A stretch of 64,000 bases of DNA from Marinicella sp. (GTDB taxonomy: Bacteria; Pseudomonadota; Gammaproteobacteria; Xanthomonadales; Marinicellaceae): contig OZ246001.1 in NCBI GenBank assembly GCA_965230295.1, positions 864,001 to 928,000 of the forward strand. Direction: 5' to 3'. Made by a program: the position numbers and the translations under genes. Shown here piece after piece: positions 33,075 through 41,817 of this stretch (position 1 is its first letter; each line of letters opens with the position of its first letter). The notes under the pieces are model-generated. The model was given only the letters and a program-made list of their open reading frames with translations. It was not told the origin of the DNA and did not search any database.

Positions 33075-33644
33075 ATGAAAAAAATGTTGCTTATTTATTT
33101 CACCCTTTGGATACCGTTTTGTGGCATCGCCAATGACAATCAATCAGAAGATGAACACTTGTACGATGGTGTTGACTACCGCTGGTATTGGAACACCAAC
33201 ATTGGCATTGTGGTGCCTGATGATGATGTGCGTCTGAACGAAGCCCAAGTTTTGGATTTGAGGGTCGGCAAACACTTCAATGAAAACTGGGCGTTAGAAT
33301 TCGAAGTGATGCGAGATGAGTATGATTTTGACATTGATTTTGATCTCAAACACTATGCCGCAGGATTAAATGTGTTGTACACCAATCACGACCCGCTTTG
33401 GAAACCATACTTCTTGGTGGGGGTGGGTGGTATTTATTCAGACTCCCGATTTCCTGATACACAAGATTCAGACTTGATCGTTAACTTGGCCATTGGTGGT
33501 TCCTGGTACTTTACCGGCAATGGTGTTCGCATCAGGGCTGAAGCCAGATCGCGTTTGGACACCAATGATTCTGACTTACCAGGACAGGATGGTTTTGGCG
33601 ATGGCCAATTCACTATAGGCATCATCGTGCCAATTGGAGATTAA
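33075..33644 (+). CDS. Small outer membrane beta-barrel (OmpA-like TM domain)
   Basis: Signal peptide, alternating beta strands, WALEFE and KPYFLVGVG motifs. Confidence 0.8.
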   Translation: MKKMLLIYFTLWIPFCGIANDNQSEDEHLYDGVDYRWYWNTNIGIVVPDDDVRLNEAQVLDLRVGKHFNENWALEFEVMRDEYDFDIDFDLKHYAAGLNVLYTNHDPLWKPYFLVGVGGIYSDSRFPDTQDSDLIVNLAIGGSWYFTGNGVRIRAEARSRLDTNDSDLPGQDGFGDGQFTIGIIVPIGD

Positions 33645-33650
33645 AAAACT

Positions 33651-34346
33651 TCAAAGGAATGGCAACACCCAACCGCTGCTTTTTTTGTAGGCTTGCCATT
33701 CCGGGTAACGAGACAAGCTTTGTTCTTTGGCAATCATATTAGGTACAAAAACCAACAACCACACCAGCGCCAATATCAAGGCTGCCAGCCAGTGCCAAGC
33801 CAATAGCGCAAAGGATCCATAGATCATCATCTCACCCAAATAATTTGGGTGGCGTATGTATTTGTACAGACCATCATTGATCAAACCGGCTTTATATTTT
33901 AAAATGTAATGTTTCTGGGCATCGGCAGCAATCATGATCACACAACCCAGTAAGCACATAAAAACGCACATCGAAAACCACCAAGCATCACTGAATGGGT
34001 AATCAGGCGTTTGGGGTTGTTTGATCAATAACCAAGCAATCACCCAATACCAAAAAAGCACCCCAAAGAATGCCATCAGGCCGGCTCCTATTGTGACCTT
34101 TTTCTGCCAATTGGCATCGGGAAAACTCAAATCTTTCAACAACCAAACAAAACCATAACCACCGTGTAGAGCCAAATACAAATAAGCCGCCATTGAATCA
34201 TTTTGGTAATAGACCATCATCAGAATGACCACCACAAAAGTGGTTGCTTTCTGGAAGTTGATGACCCAGGATAGTTTCCAGGGTTTGGGCCCACCTAAAA
34301 AATCAGTGGTTAAATGGTCAGCCAATTGTTTTAAAAATGTCATCAT
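33651..34346 (-). CDS. DUF1295/steroid 5-alpha-reductase-like membrane protein
   Basis: ADAQK and GLYKYIRHPNYLGE motifs. Confidence 0.8.
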   Translation of the reverse strand: MMTFLKQLADHLTTDFLGGPKPWKLSWVINFQKATTFVVVILMMVYYQNDSMAAYLYLALHGGYGFVWLLKDLSFPDANWQKKVTIGAGLMAFFGVLFWYWVIAWLLIKQPQTPDYPFSDAWWFSMCVFMCLLGCVIMIAADAQKHYILKYKAGLINDGLYKYIRHPNYLGEMMIYGSFALLAWHWLAALILALVWLLVFVPNMIAKEQSLSRYPEWQAYKKSSGWVLPFL

Positions 34347-34368
34347 ATTCGCTGCTCAGTTTAATGGC

Positions 34369-35478
34369 TCAATACAAAGATTTCAAAGACTCTGCTGTAT
34401 AGGGCAGCATAGAATCCCAATCATCGGCCTGCAGTTTTTGTACCCAATGAGGGTCTTGCAGTAAACACCGGCCCACGGCCACCAAATCATAGTGGCCCGC
34501 TGCCAATGCCTGTTCAATCATTTTGAATTGATCTGTGGCTATGTTTGAGTGGGTATTCATACCGCGTTTGGCTTCATCCACAAACCCGCCATCCAAACCC
34601 ACACTGCCCACTGTGATGGTGGGTTTCCCAGTGATTTTTTTGGTCCACCCAGCGAGGTTCAATTCTGAACCGGGAAACTCAGGCTCCCAAAAACGACGGG
34701 TTGAACAATGAAACACATCGACCCCTGCAGCAGCCAACGGGCTTAAGAAAGCATCCAGTTCTGTCGGGTTATGCGCCAGTTTTGCATGGTAATTCTGCAA
34801 CTTCCATTGTGAATAGCGCAACATGATTGGAAAATCAGTGCCAACAGCTGTGCGCATGGCGGTGATCATTTCCACTGCAAACCGGGTTCGCTCTCTGATT
34901 CCGCCAGCATACTTGTCGGTTCTTAAATTCGTTTTATCCCAAAAAAACTGATCCAACAAATAGCCGTGAGCACCGTGAATCTCCACCCCATCAAAGCCCA
35001 GCTGCTGGGCCTGCTCAGCGGCCAATACAAAAGCTTCAATGATCGCATCAACATCAGTTTGGGACATGGACTCACCATTCGGTTTGTTGGGTGACAACAA
35101 GCCAGAAGGGCTGTAAGCAGGCACCGAGTCATCAGGTTGCAGACAATCTTTCCTGACCCCGCCGACATGCCACAATTGGGGCATGATTTTACCACCCTCG
35201 GAATGGACCGCCTGAACCACTTTGTGCCAGCCGGCCAAAGCATCTTCACCATAAAAGAAAGGAACATCCGGATATCCATTGGCGGCTTGGTGCCCCACGC
35301 ATGTGCCTTCGGTGATGATCAGTCCCACATCATTGGCAGCTCGTCTTTGGTAATAATCAATGTTCTTTTGGTTGGGTACATGCCCTGGAGATGAGCTGCG
35401 AGTCATCGGAGCCATCACCACACGGTTTTTGAGTTTCAATGAGCCCAACTCAAACGGACTGAATATATGCTGCATCAT
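34369..35478 (-). CDS. NADH:flavin oxidoreductase (old yellow enzyme family)
   Basis: LKNRVVMAPMTR, QLWHVG and GFDGVEIHGAHGYL motifs. Confidence 0.93.
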   Translation of the reverse strand: MMQHIFSPFELGSLKLKNRVVMAPMTRSSSPGHVPNQKNIDYYQRRAANDVGLIITEGTCVGHQAANGYPDVPFFYGEDALAGWHKVVQAVHSEGGKIMPQLWHVGGVRKDCLQPDDSVPAYSPSGLLSPNKPNGESMSQTDVDAIIEAFVLAAEQAQQLGFDGVEIHGAHGYLLDQFFWDKTNLRTDKYAGGIRERTRFAVEMITAMRTAVGTDFPIMLRYSQWKLQNYHAKLAHNPTELDAFLSPLAAAGVDVFHCSTRRFWEPEFPGSELNLAGWTKKITGKPTITVGSVGLDGGFVDEAKRGMNTHSNIATDQFKMIEQALAAGHYDLVAVGRCLLQDPHWVQKLQADDWDSMLPYTAESLKSLY

Positions 35479-36020
35479 GCTTTCAATTGTTGACTCAGCA
35501 GCTGCAGCGAATCCAATGCTTTATCAATAAAAGCCGTCGTTCTTTCATCAATCAAATCTCCCTGATCGTTGAATTTATCAGATGCCCGACCTATCATCAC
35601 TTCTGGCTTGTTTACCACAAAGGCATTCATAAAAACCAAAATTTGTCGCAAGTGGTATTGGCTCCGGGCGGTGCCCAGTCCAGGACTGGCACCCATGATG
35701 GACACCGCTTTACCATTAAACGCCTGGTTGTCCACTCTGGAAAACCAGTCTATGGCATTTTTCAACACGCCGGAAACGGAATAGTTGTATTCGGGAGAAG
35801 CCAAAACAATCGCATCAGCTCTTGCCAACAACTCATGTGCCTGCTGAACCACATCAGGTATACCTTGTGCATTGAGGTCTTGGTCATACAGCGGAAAGCC
35901 ACTGATGTCCACCTCAATGTATTCAATACCTTTGTTGTTTAAATGGGATGCCACTGCACGTAAGATGCCTTTGTGCATGGAGTGCTTTCTTAAACTGCCT
36001 GAAATACCTGCTATTTTCAT
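35475..36020 (-). CDS. NADPH-dependent FMN reductase (ChrR-like)
   Basis: SGSLRK.S and SPEYNYSVSGVLKNAIDW motifs. Confidence 0.92.
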   Translation of the reverse strand: MKIAGISGSLRKHSMHKGILRAVASHLNNKGIEYIEVDISGFPLYDQDLNAQGIPDVVQQAHELLARADAIVLASPEYNYSVSGVLKNAIDWFSRVDNQAFNGKAVSIMGASPGLGTARSQYHLRQILVFMNAFVVNKPEVMIGRASDKFNDQGDLIDERTTAFIDKALDSLQLLSQQLKA

Positions 36021-36082
36021 GTTGAAGGTGATGAAAATAATAAATTATAACGTCAGTGGGTGAAAATAGTGTAGTTACCTTT

Positions 36083-36123
36083 GAAGAACTGTTAGACAGT
36101 TCGACCAGCGCAGGTGATGTAAG
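36083..36123 (+). repeat. Dispersed intergenic repeat copy 3 (truncated)
   Basis: GAAGAACTGTTAGACAGTTCGACCAGCGCAGGTGATGTAAG matches copy 1 at 36/41. Confidence 0.7.
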
Positions 36124-36322
36124 AACCCCGTTAAAAACTTGAACCACATCACAAGCTTATATTAAGCAAACGTTAATTAAATAAGAATTAACTGTGTCTT
36201 AACATTAGATTCAAATTTCTTCCTCAATTCATTCACATTTGAACCTTAACTTTAACAGCGTGAGGACTTGGTACCAGGTTGAAGGTTCACAATCACTTTC
36301 TGAATGAACTAAGGAGAAAATA

Positions 36323-38026
36323 ATGAAAACAATGCATACTCTGATTGGCATCATGATGATGACAACAATCGCTCAAGCACAAAACCGACCACCCAACCAG
36401 GGTGGCCCAAACAACAACCCCAACGACAATGAAAATGTAGTATCCCCTGCCAGGCGGATAGAACGAGGTCCTCGGCCTCCACAGAACCAACCACCACTTG
36501 ATGACCGGTTTCGTTCCATCGATGGCAGTGGTAATCACCCAACCATTGACGACATGGGAAAAGCACACACCCAATTGGTCAGGCTGGTAGAAAATGGTTA
36601 TGCAGATGGCATAGCCGAATTGGCTGGCAATACAAGAAACAGTGCCAGGCTGATCAGCAATGCCGTCAGCGCCCAGACCGAATCGATGCCGAACAACAAA
36701 GGTGCCACTGATTTTGTGTGGCAATGGGGACAATTCCTTGATCATGACATTGATCTGACTGACGGTGTCGATCCTGCAGAACCTATTGACATCAGTGTGC
36801 CAGCGGGTGATGTCTATTTTGATCCGAACAACACAGGAACTGTGACCATTTCAATGAACCGCTCTATCTATGACACATCAACAGGCACAGCAACAGATAA
36901 TCCCAGGCAACAAATCAACGAAATCACAGCCTGGATTGATGCTTCCAATGTGTATGGCTCAGATTCTGAGCGTGCCAATGAACTGCGAACTTTAGATGGT
37001 ACAGGCCAATTGAAAACTTCAGCCGGCAACCTATTACCCTTCAATGTGAATGCTTTTCCTAATGCAGGAGGCGACAGCCCTAATCTGTTTCTGGCAGGTG
37101 ATGTCAGGGCCAATGAGCAAATCGGCTTAACGGTGATGCACACTTTATTTATGCGTGAACACAATTGGCATGCCAATCGCCTCAAAGCCGAGAACCCTGA
37201 TTGGTCAGGTGACAGAATTTATGAAGAAGCACGGGCCATCGTAGGGGCCGAAATGCAAGTGATCACTTACTATGAATACTTGCCCACTTTACTTGGGCGC
37301 AATGCGCTGCAACCTTATAGACGTTATAACGATCGCATTCATGCAGGTATTGCCAATTTATTTTCTGGAGCAGTGTTCCGTTATGGCCACAGCGCACTCA
37401 GTCCTCAACTGTTAAGAATCAATGCGCAAGGCAATGAAATTACAGCTGGACATTTGCCATTAAGAAATGCGTTCTTTTCACCTTATCGCTTAGCCACTGA
37501 AGGCGGCATTGAACCCCTATTAAGGGGGCTGGCCACACAAGTGTGCCAGCAAGTCGATAATTTCATCATCGATGATGTCCGTAACTTTCTATTTGGCGCA
37601 CCTGGTTCAGGTGGTTTCGATTTGGCTTCATTGAATATTCAACGAGGCAGGGATCATGGCTTGCCAGCCTACAATGATGTGCGAGAAGCTTATGGCTTAG
37701 AGCGCAAACAATCATTTGCAGACGTGACTTCAGATCCTGAGAAACAAGCTGCATTGGCATCGGTGTATAAATCAGTGGATGACATTGATTTGTGGGTAGG
37801 CGGATTGTCAGAAGACCTTGTTCGTGGTGCACTGGTGGGCGAATTGATCCAAACAGTATTGGTTGAACAGTTCACAGCTTTGAGAGATGGTGACCGGTTT
37901 TATTTTGAGAACCAAATGGATCGAAGACAAGCAGATCGGATCAGAAGCACACGATTATCAGACATCATCAGGCGCAATTCAGATATTGGATCTGAAATTC
38001 AAAACAATGTCTTTAGAATTGAGTGA
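36323..38026 (+). CDS. Secreted animal-type heme peroxidase (peroxidase-cyclooxygenase superfamily)
   Basis: WGQFLDHD (distal Q/D/H), GDVRANE (R, E), FRYGHS (proximal H), NIQRGRDHG, LRDGDRF; signal peptide; SD AAGGAG. Confidence 0.95.
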   Translation: MKTMHTLIGIMMMTTIAQAQNRPPNQGGPNNNPNDNENVVSPARRIERGPRPPQNQPPLDDRFRSIDGSGNHPTIDDMGKAHTQLVRLVENGYADGIAELAGNTRNSARLISNAVSAQTESMPNNKGATDFVWQWGQFLDHDIDLTDGVDPAEPIDISVPAGDVYFDPNNTGTVTISMNRSIYDTSTGTATDNPRQQINEITAWIDASNVYGSDSERANELRTLDGTGQLKTSAGNLLPFNVNAFPNAGGDSPNLFLAGDVRANEQIGLTVMHTLFMREHNWHANRLKAENPDWSGDRIYEEARAIVGAEMQVITYYEYLPTLLGRNALQPYRRYNDRIHAGIANLFSGAVFRYGHSALSPQLLRINAQGNEITAGHLPLRNAFFSPYRLATEGGIEPLLRGLATQVCQQVDNFIIDDVRNFLFGAPGSGGFDLASLNIQRGRDHGLPAYNDVREAYGLERKQSFADVTSDPEKQAALASVYKSVDDIDLWVGGLSEDLVRGALVGELIQTVLVEQFTALRDGDRFYFENQMDRRQADRIRSTRLSDIIRRNSDIGSEIQNNVFRIE

Positions 38027-38109
38027 ACTTGATAAAACCCGCCAAAAACCAGGCGTACTTCGGTACAAAAATGGCTGTTTGGTCCAGAGAAGCCAATACA
38101 TATAAGATG

Positions 38110-38146
38110 ATACAAAGGAAAGCTGCTGAGCAGCTTTCCTTTGTAT
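38110..38146. terminator. Perfect 17-bp inverted repeat between convergent genes
   Basis: ATACAAAGGAAAGCTGC-TGA-GCAGCTTTCCTTTGTAT. Confidence 0.65.
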
Positions 38147-38191
38147 TGGGTCCATGAATTTTTCCCTTAATGTAACCACTACAGTCCGGGT

Positions 38192-39784
38192 CTATTCAAA
38201 ACCATGGATAAAAATTTCATCCACCTGTGTCAATGTCAGAAATTGGTCCGCCAACACGTTTTGATATTTGTTGACTGTTCCGTCAGGCCAAGTCACTTTC
38301 AATAAATCAATGACATTGGCAGACCCAAGACCAAAATGTTGGGTAGTTGGTTCAGTAGATAAATAATTATTCCCCAGACTCACTGATCTGGTTAAGGTGG
38401 TGTTGCCATTGATGGTTGCTTCTATTTTCGCACCAACTGCATCAATATTATCTATACCACCTTGCAATTTGACCATTAAATAATGATTGGTTGTGACGAT
38501 GTTGTTTTGATAAAAAGCAGACATCTGATCATTGTTATTAATCAATATATCAATTTTTCCATCCCGGTTCTGATCGAAACACAACACCGCCCTGCCCATG
38601 CCATCATCATCCACATTGTATTCTTGGGCACGGTCAACAAAAGTGCCATTTCCGGCATTGATAAACAATCTGGCTCTGTCAGTGATGAAATCAGGGTCTG
38701 GGTAACCATTGACATGGTAAATATCCAATAGACCATCGTTGTTAAAATCAGCAAAACAACTGCCCCAACCCCAGCCACCATCTCGAACCCCGGCAGACTC
38801 GCTGATGTCAGTGAAGTTGCCATGACCATCGTTTTGGTACAAGCGATTGCCTGTCCTACCACCGGGATCTAAATATATAGATGTCACAAACCAATCCATA
38901 TCACCGTCATTATCAAAATCACCCACAGAAGCGCCCATGCCATGTTCATCGGTTAACACCGATGGATCTTGAGTGATCATAGACTGACCAGTACTCTTGT
39001 AGTAATTAGAATATCCATAGTCACTGGCCACCATCATGTCAATATTTTGATCGTTGTTGAGGTGGTTAAAACTGATGGTAAAAGAAAATGGGTTCACAAC
39101 AGTCAGCCATTGGTTGGTGACATCACTGAAAACGCCCGCACCATTATTTTCCCACAACAATTGATCATCAGTATAACCCCAATGAGAAATGGCCAAATCA
39201 AGATCACCGTCACCATCAAAATCAGCAGCAGACGTGCTGTAATTGTCTGTATGAGGCAAGCCTGAACCCGCTGATATGTCTACAAAGCCAGTGTTTGCAT
39301 TGTTCTTATATAACCGCACCCAACCTGTGTTAACCAACCCCTCAGGGCTCACACCTCCGATGATCAAGTCCCTCAACCCGTCACCGTCAATGTCAGCAAT
39401 CAGTGGACCTGATGAATACATGTCTTGAGGATTTAAATTGAATGCCACGGCTTGATCGACAAAATTACCTTGACCGTCTGAAATCAACAGCTTGTTAGGC
39501 GTTAAATTAACCCCGTTGACATCAACCAAAGCACCTGTACTGACAAATATGTCTTCCCATTGATCACCATTGACATCACCAATGGCCATTCCACCCCCCA
39601 AAACTATAGGCAAATTCCCGAAATGAGCTGGTGTATTTCTGTGTTGATAACTCAAGCCGACCTCCACAGATTTCTCAATAAAACCAGTACCGCCAGCCAC
39701 TGCCATGCCAGGCTCGGCAACCATCAATAATAAGATTAAATATTTTTTAAATTTTCCCACGATAAGTTGGCCCACATGTAACAC
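38192..39784 (-). CDS. CRTAC1-family FG-GAP repeat protein with ASPIC/UnbV domain
   Basis: Repeated DxDGDGxxD loops, GWGWG..FADFNNDG, and HFGLG....D.L.V.WPDG; start uncertain. Confidence 0.9.
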   Translation of the reverse strand: MLHVGQLIVGKFKKYLILLLMVAEPGMAVAGGTGFIEKSVEVGLSYQHRNTPAHFGNLPIVLGGGMAIGDVNGDQWEDIFVSTGALVDVNGVNLTPNKLLISDGQGNFVDQAVAFNLNPQDMYSSGPLIADIDGDGLRDLIIGGVSPEGLVNTGWVRLYKNNANTGFVDISAGSGLPHTDNYSTSAADFDGDGDLDLAISHWGYTDDQLLWENNGAGVFSDVTNQWLTVVNPFSFTISFNHLNNDQNIDMMVASDYGYSNYYKSTGQSMITQDPSVLTDEHGMGASVGDFDNDGDMDWFVTSIYLDPGGRTGNRLYQNDGHGNFTDISESAGVRDGGWGWGSCFADFNNDGLLDIYHVNGYPDPDFITDRARLFINAGNGTFVDRAQEYNVDDDGMGRAVLCFDQNRDGKIDILINNNDQMSAFYQNNIVTTNHYLMVKLQGGIDNIDAVGAKIEATINGNTTLTRSVSLGNNYLSTEPTTQHFGLGSANVIDLLKVTWPDGTVNKYQNVLADQFLTLTQVDEIFIHGFE

Positions 39785-39855
39785 ACACCTATAGATTCTA
39801 GCGCAATTGAGTTTGAAATTTAATCCACAACAACAGGTTTTTATGGTATTGAAAG

Positions 39856-39884
39856 AAAAAAGGCACCCAACGGGCGCCCTTTTT
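39856..39884. terminator. Intrinsic terminator (bidirectional-looking) after the 160-aa gene
   Basis: AAAAAAGGCACCC-AAC-GGGCGCCCTTTTT. Confidence 0.75.
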
Positions 39885-39913
39885 CAGAGCTTGTCATTTT
39901 TTGACAATAATAA

Positions 39914-40396
39914 TCACCTGCGGGTCAGCCAAAAAACACGGCGCAATAATTTGCCCACATTATCTGGCAAATCAGCTGCATCGAATGCTTCGCCATTGAC
40001 CTCTACTGTACCTGACATTTCAACACCTGAATCGCTGGCTTGAATCAGCAAACCACTGAAAGACACATCCCATAAACCTTCCTTCGACTCTAATGTAAAC
40101 GCACCATCAGAAGTGGTTGTTAATTGCCCGTTACCACGACTGGTGTCTTTGGAAATCACACCATTGATGGTGGCTTCATTTTCACCAGAGCCTGGATGAA
40201 ATTGATTGAACTCAGTTAATGAAGCACCACTGAATTGCATGTCATCCAAACGACCGTTTTTTGACACTGTATATGAACCAGATAAATCATCCACCACTGT
40301 GGTCATGCGCGTGATGTCGAAACCTGCCATTGAAGCCGTGGCAAGGAACAAACTGGAACAGATGACCAGTGTGCTTTTTATAGTATTTAATTTCAT
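39914..40396 (-). CDS. Secreted hypothetical beta-rich protein, probable ECF target
   Basis: Signal peptide (ASMA/G); SD AGGAG; own promoter and terminator. Confidence 0.75.
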   Translation of the reverse strand: MKLNTIKSTLVICSSLFLATASMAGFDITRMTTVVDDLSGSYTVSKNGRLDDMQFSGASLTEFNQFHPGSGENEATINGVISKDTSRGNGQLTTTSDGAFTLESKEGLWDVSFSGLLIQASDSGVEMSGTVEVNGEAFDAADLPDNVGKLLRRVFWLTRR

Positions 40397-40471
40397 TATA
40401 TTCTCCTGGATTGTTGATTAAATTGATAACAGATATGTAATTTCACTGCAGTCTCCTGCAGGTATCCATTC

Positions 40472-40499
40472 CAACGAGCCAACTTTGGTGAGGTTGACA
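40472..40499 (-). promoter_or_regulatory. Putative ECF promoter for the 39914-40396 gene
   Basis: Minus strand TGTCAACC-N15-CGTTG. Confidence 0.75.
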
Positions 40500-40530
40500 A
40501 AGAATTAAAATTTTTATTTTCATTGTATGC

Positions 40531-40558
40531 TGTCAACCACCCTGGCCATGATCCGTTG
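40531..40558 (+). promoter_or_regulatory. Putative autoregulatory ECF promoter
   Basis: Plus strand TGTCAACC-N15-CGTTG; boxes and spacing identical to the divergent copy. Confidence 0.75.
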
Positions 40559-40587
40559 TATGATTAACTGAACAACAATTACTGAAC

Positions 40588-41190
40588 ATGACAGCCACTG
40601 CCAATATATGCTTATACAATGAATACCAAGGTACTGAGCTCAAGCAAAACACCACAAACATGGAAACCAGAACCCTGAACCAATTGTTGGACGTGTTCTT
40701 GCGAGAACAACAGAAACAGGCCTATGCCATTGCTTTGGTCAGTGTGCAGCAAGAATCAGATGCTTTGGATGTGATCCAGGATGCGATGATGGCTTTTGTT
40801 AAAAGTTACAGCCATAAACCTCAAGACAGCTGGCGGCCATTGTTTTATCGCATCTTGCAAAATAAGATCAATGACCATCATCGGCGGCAAAAAAGTTGGT
40901 TGCAAAATTTTTTCAGCCATCAGGACAAAGACGATCTGGCAGCAGAACAAGCCAGTGAAGCCCCAAGTCCGTTGGCTGTGCTAAACACCCTTGAACAAGG
41001 CAACGAAATGATTAATATCATCAAAAACTTACCCAGTAAACAACAACAGGTGGTTATGTACAGGCATTGGCAACAAATGACTGTTAATGAAACTGCAGAA
41101 GTGATGCAAATCAGTACGGGCAGTGTTAAAACCCATTTATTTAGAGCCACCCAAAAAATCAAATCAATGATTGGAGATGCGGATGAATAA
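40588..41190 (+). CDS. ECF RNA polymerase sigma factor
   Basis: Region 2 DALDVIQDAM..W.PLFYRILQN; region 4 ETAEVMQISTGSVKTHLFRA; start may be 40660. Confidence 0.93.
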   Translation: MTATANICLYNEYQGTELKQNTTNMETRTLNQLLDVFLREQQKQAYAIALVSVQQESDALDVIQDAMMAFVKSYSHKPQDSWRPLFYRILQNKINDHHRRQKSWLQNFFSHQDKDDLAAEQASEAPSPLAVLNTLEQGNEMINIIKNLPSKQQQVVMYRHWQQMTVNETAEVMQISTGSVKTHLFRATQKIKSMIGDADE

Positions 41191-41536
41191 AGAACCGATA
41201 GAAGATCAAATCAAACAATCCATGGATGCCCTCACTGATGCCATAGATGTGAGTACCCAAGTCAAACTCAACGAAGCCAGACATGCTGCCTTGAATCAAC
41301 CCGAAAGCCGTTTCATGAAAACCTTCACATGGTCGTTGGCTGGCATGGCCGCTGCGGTACTTTTGACATTCGCCTTGGTGGTTAATGGCCCTGATCAATT
41401 ACCCGTTAATGGCCCAGATGTGCAGTTATTTGAAGACTTGGAATTGCTCACCAATGAGGCAGATACTGAATTTTACCAAGACCTGGAATTCTTGACCTGG
41501 CTGGATGAAGGCAATTGGCAGGAATCGGACATATGA
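41183..41536 (+). CDS. Single-TM anti-sigma-like protein (DUF3619-like)
   Basis: L.EARHAAL N-terminus, central TM, acidic DLELL...EFYQDLEFLTWL C-terminus; overlaps the sigma stop. Confidence 0.7.
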   Translation: MNKEPIEDQIKQSMDALTDAIDVSTQVKLNEARHAALNQPESRFMKTFTWSLAGMAAAVLLTFALVVNGPDQLPVNGPDVQLFEDLELLTNEADTEFYQDLEFLTWLDEGNWQESDI

Positions 41537-41817
41537 GTTGGCTGTTGTATTTATTACTTATGAATGAACCTGCAGAAGCTGCCACAAAACCCGCAAGTAT
41601 ACAAACAGATTCAATCATGACAACCAAACAATCAACCAATCATAAAAGCGATGAAGAACAACCAGACATGGAACTGCTGCTGTTTTTAGCTGAATGGGAT
41701 GGGGTAGAAAAAGATGAGTGGGTGGACCCAGAGGTCTTTGCCCAAGACTCACAATTCAATCAACAACTGGATAACAACAAGGCGCAAGGCGATGAAGAAG
41801 ATCCTGATAATCATTAA
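41533..41817 (+). CDS. Small acidic exported hypothetical protein
   Basis: ATGA overlap with the previous stop; hydrophobic N-terminus; PDMELLLFLAEW..DEWVDP. Confidence 0.6.
   Translation: MSWLLYLLLMNEPAEAATKPASIQTDSIMTTKQSTNHKSDEEQPDMELLLFLAEWDGVEKDEWVDPEVFAQDSQFNQQLDNNKAQGDEEDPDNH

Noticed and set aside
18352-36123. Repeat copies as a CRISPR array
   Set aside because: The copies are 8-10 kb apart, have no repeat-spacer periodicity, and no cas genes are present.
36240-36289. Imperfect inverted repeat TGAACCTT...AAGGTTCA before the peroxidase gene as a riboswitch
   Set aside because: No recognisable aptamer motif; it also does not match the TGTCAACC-N15-CGTTG ECF promoter.
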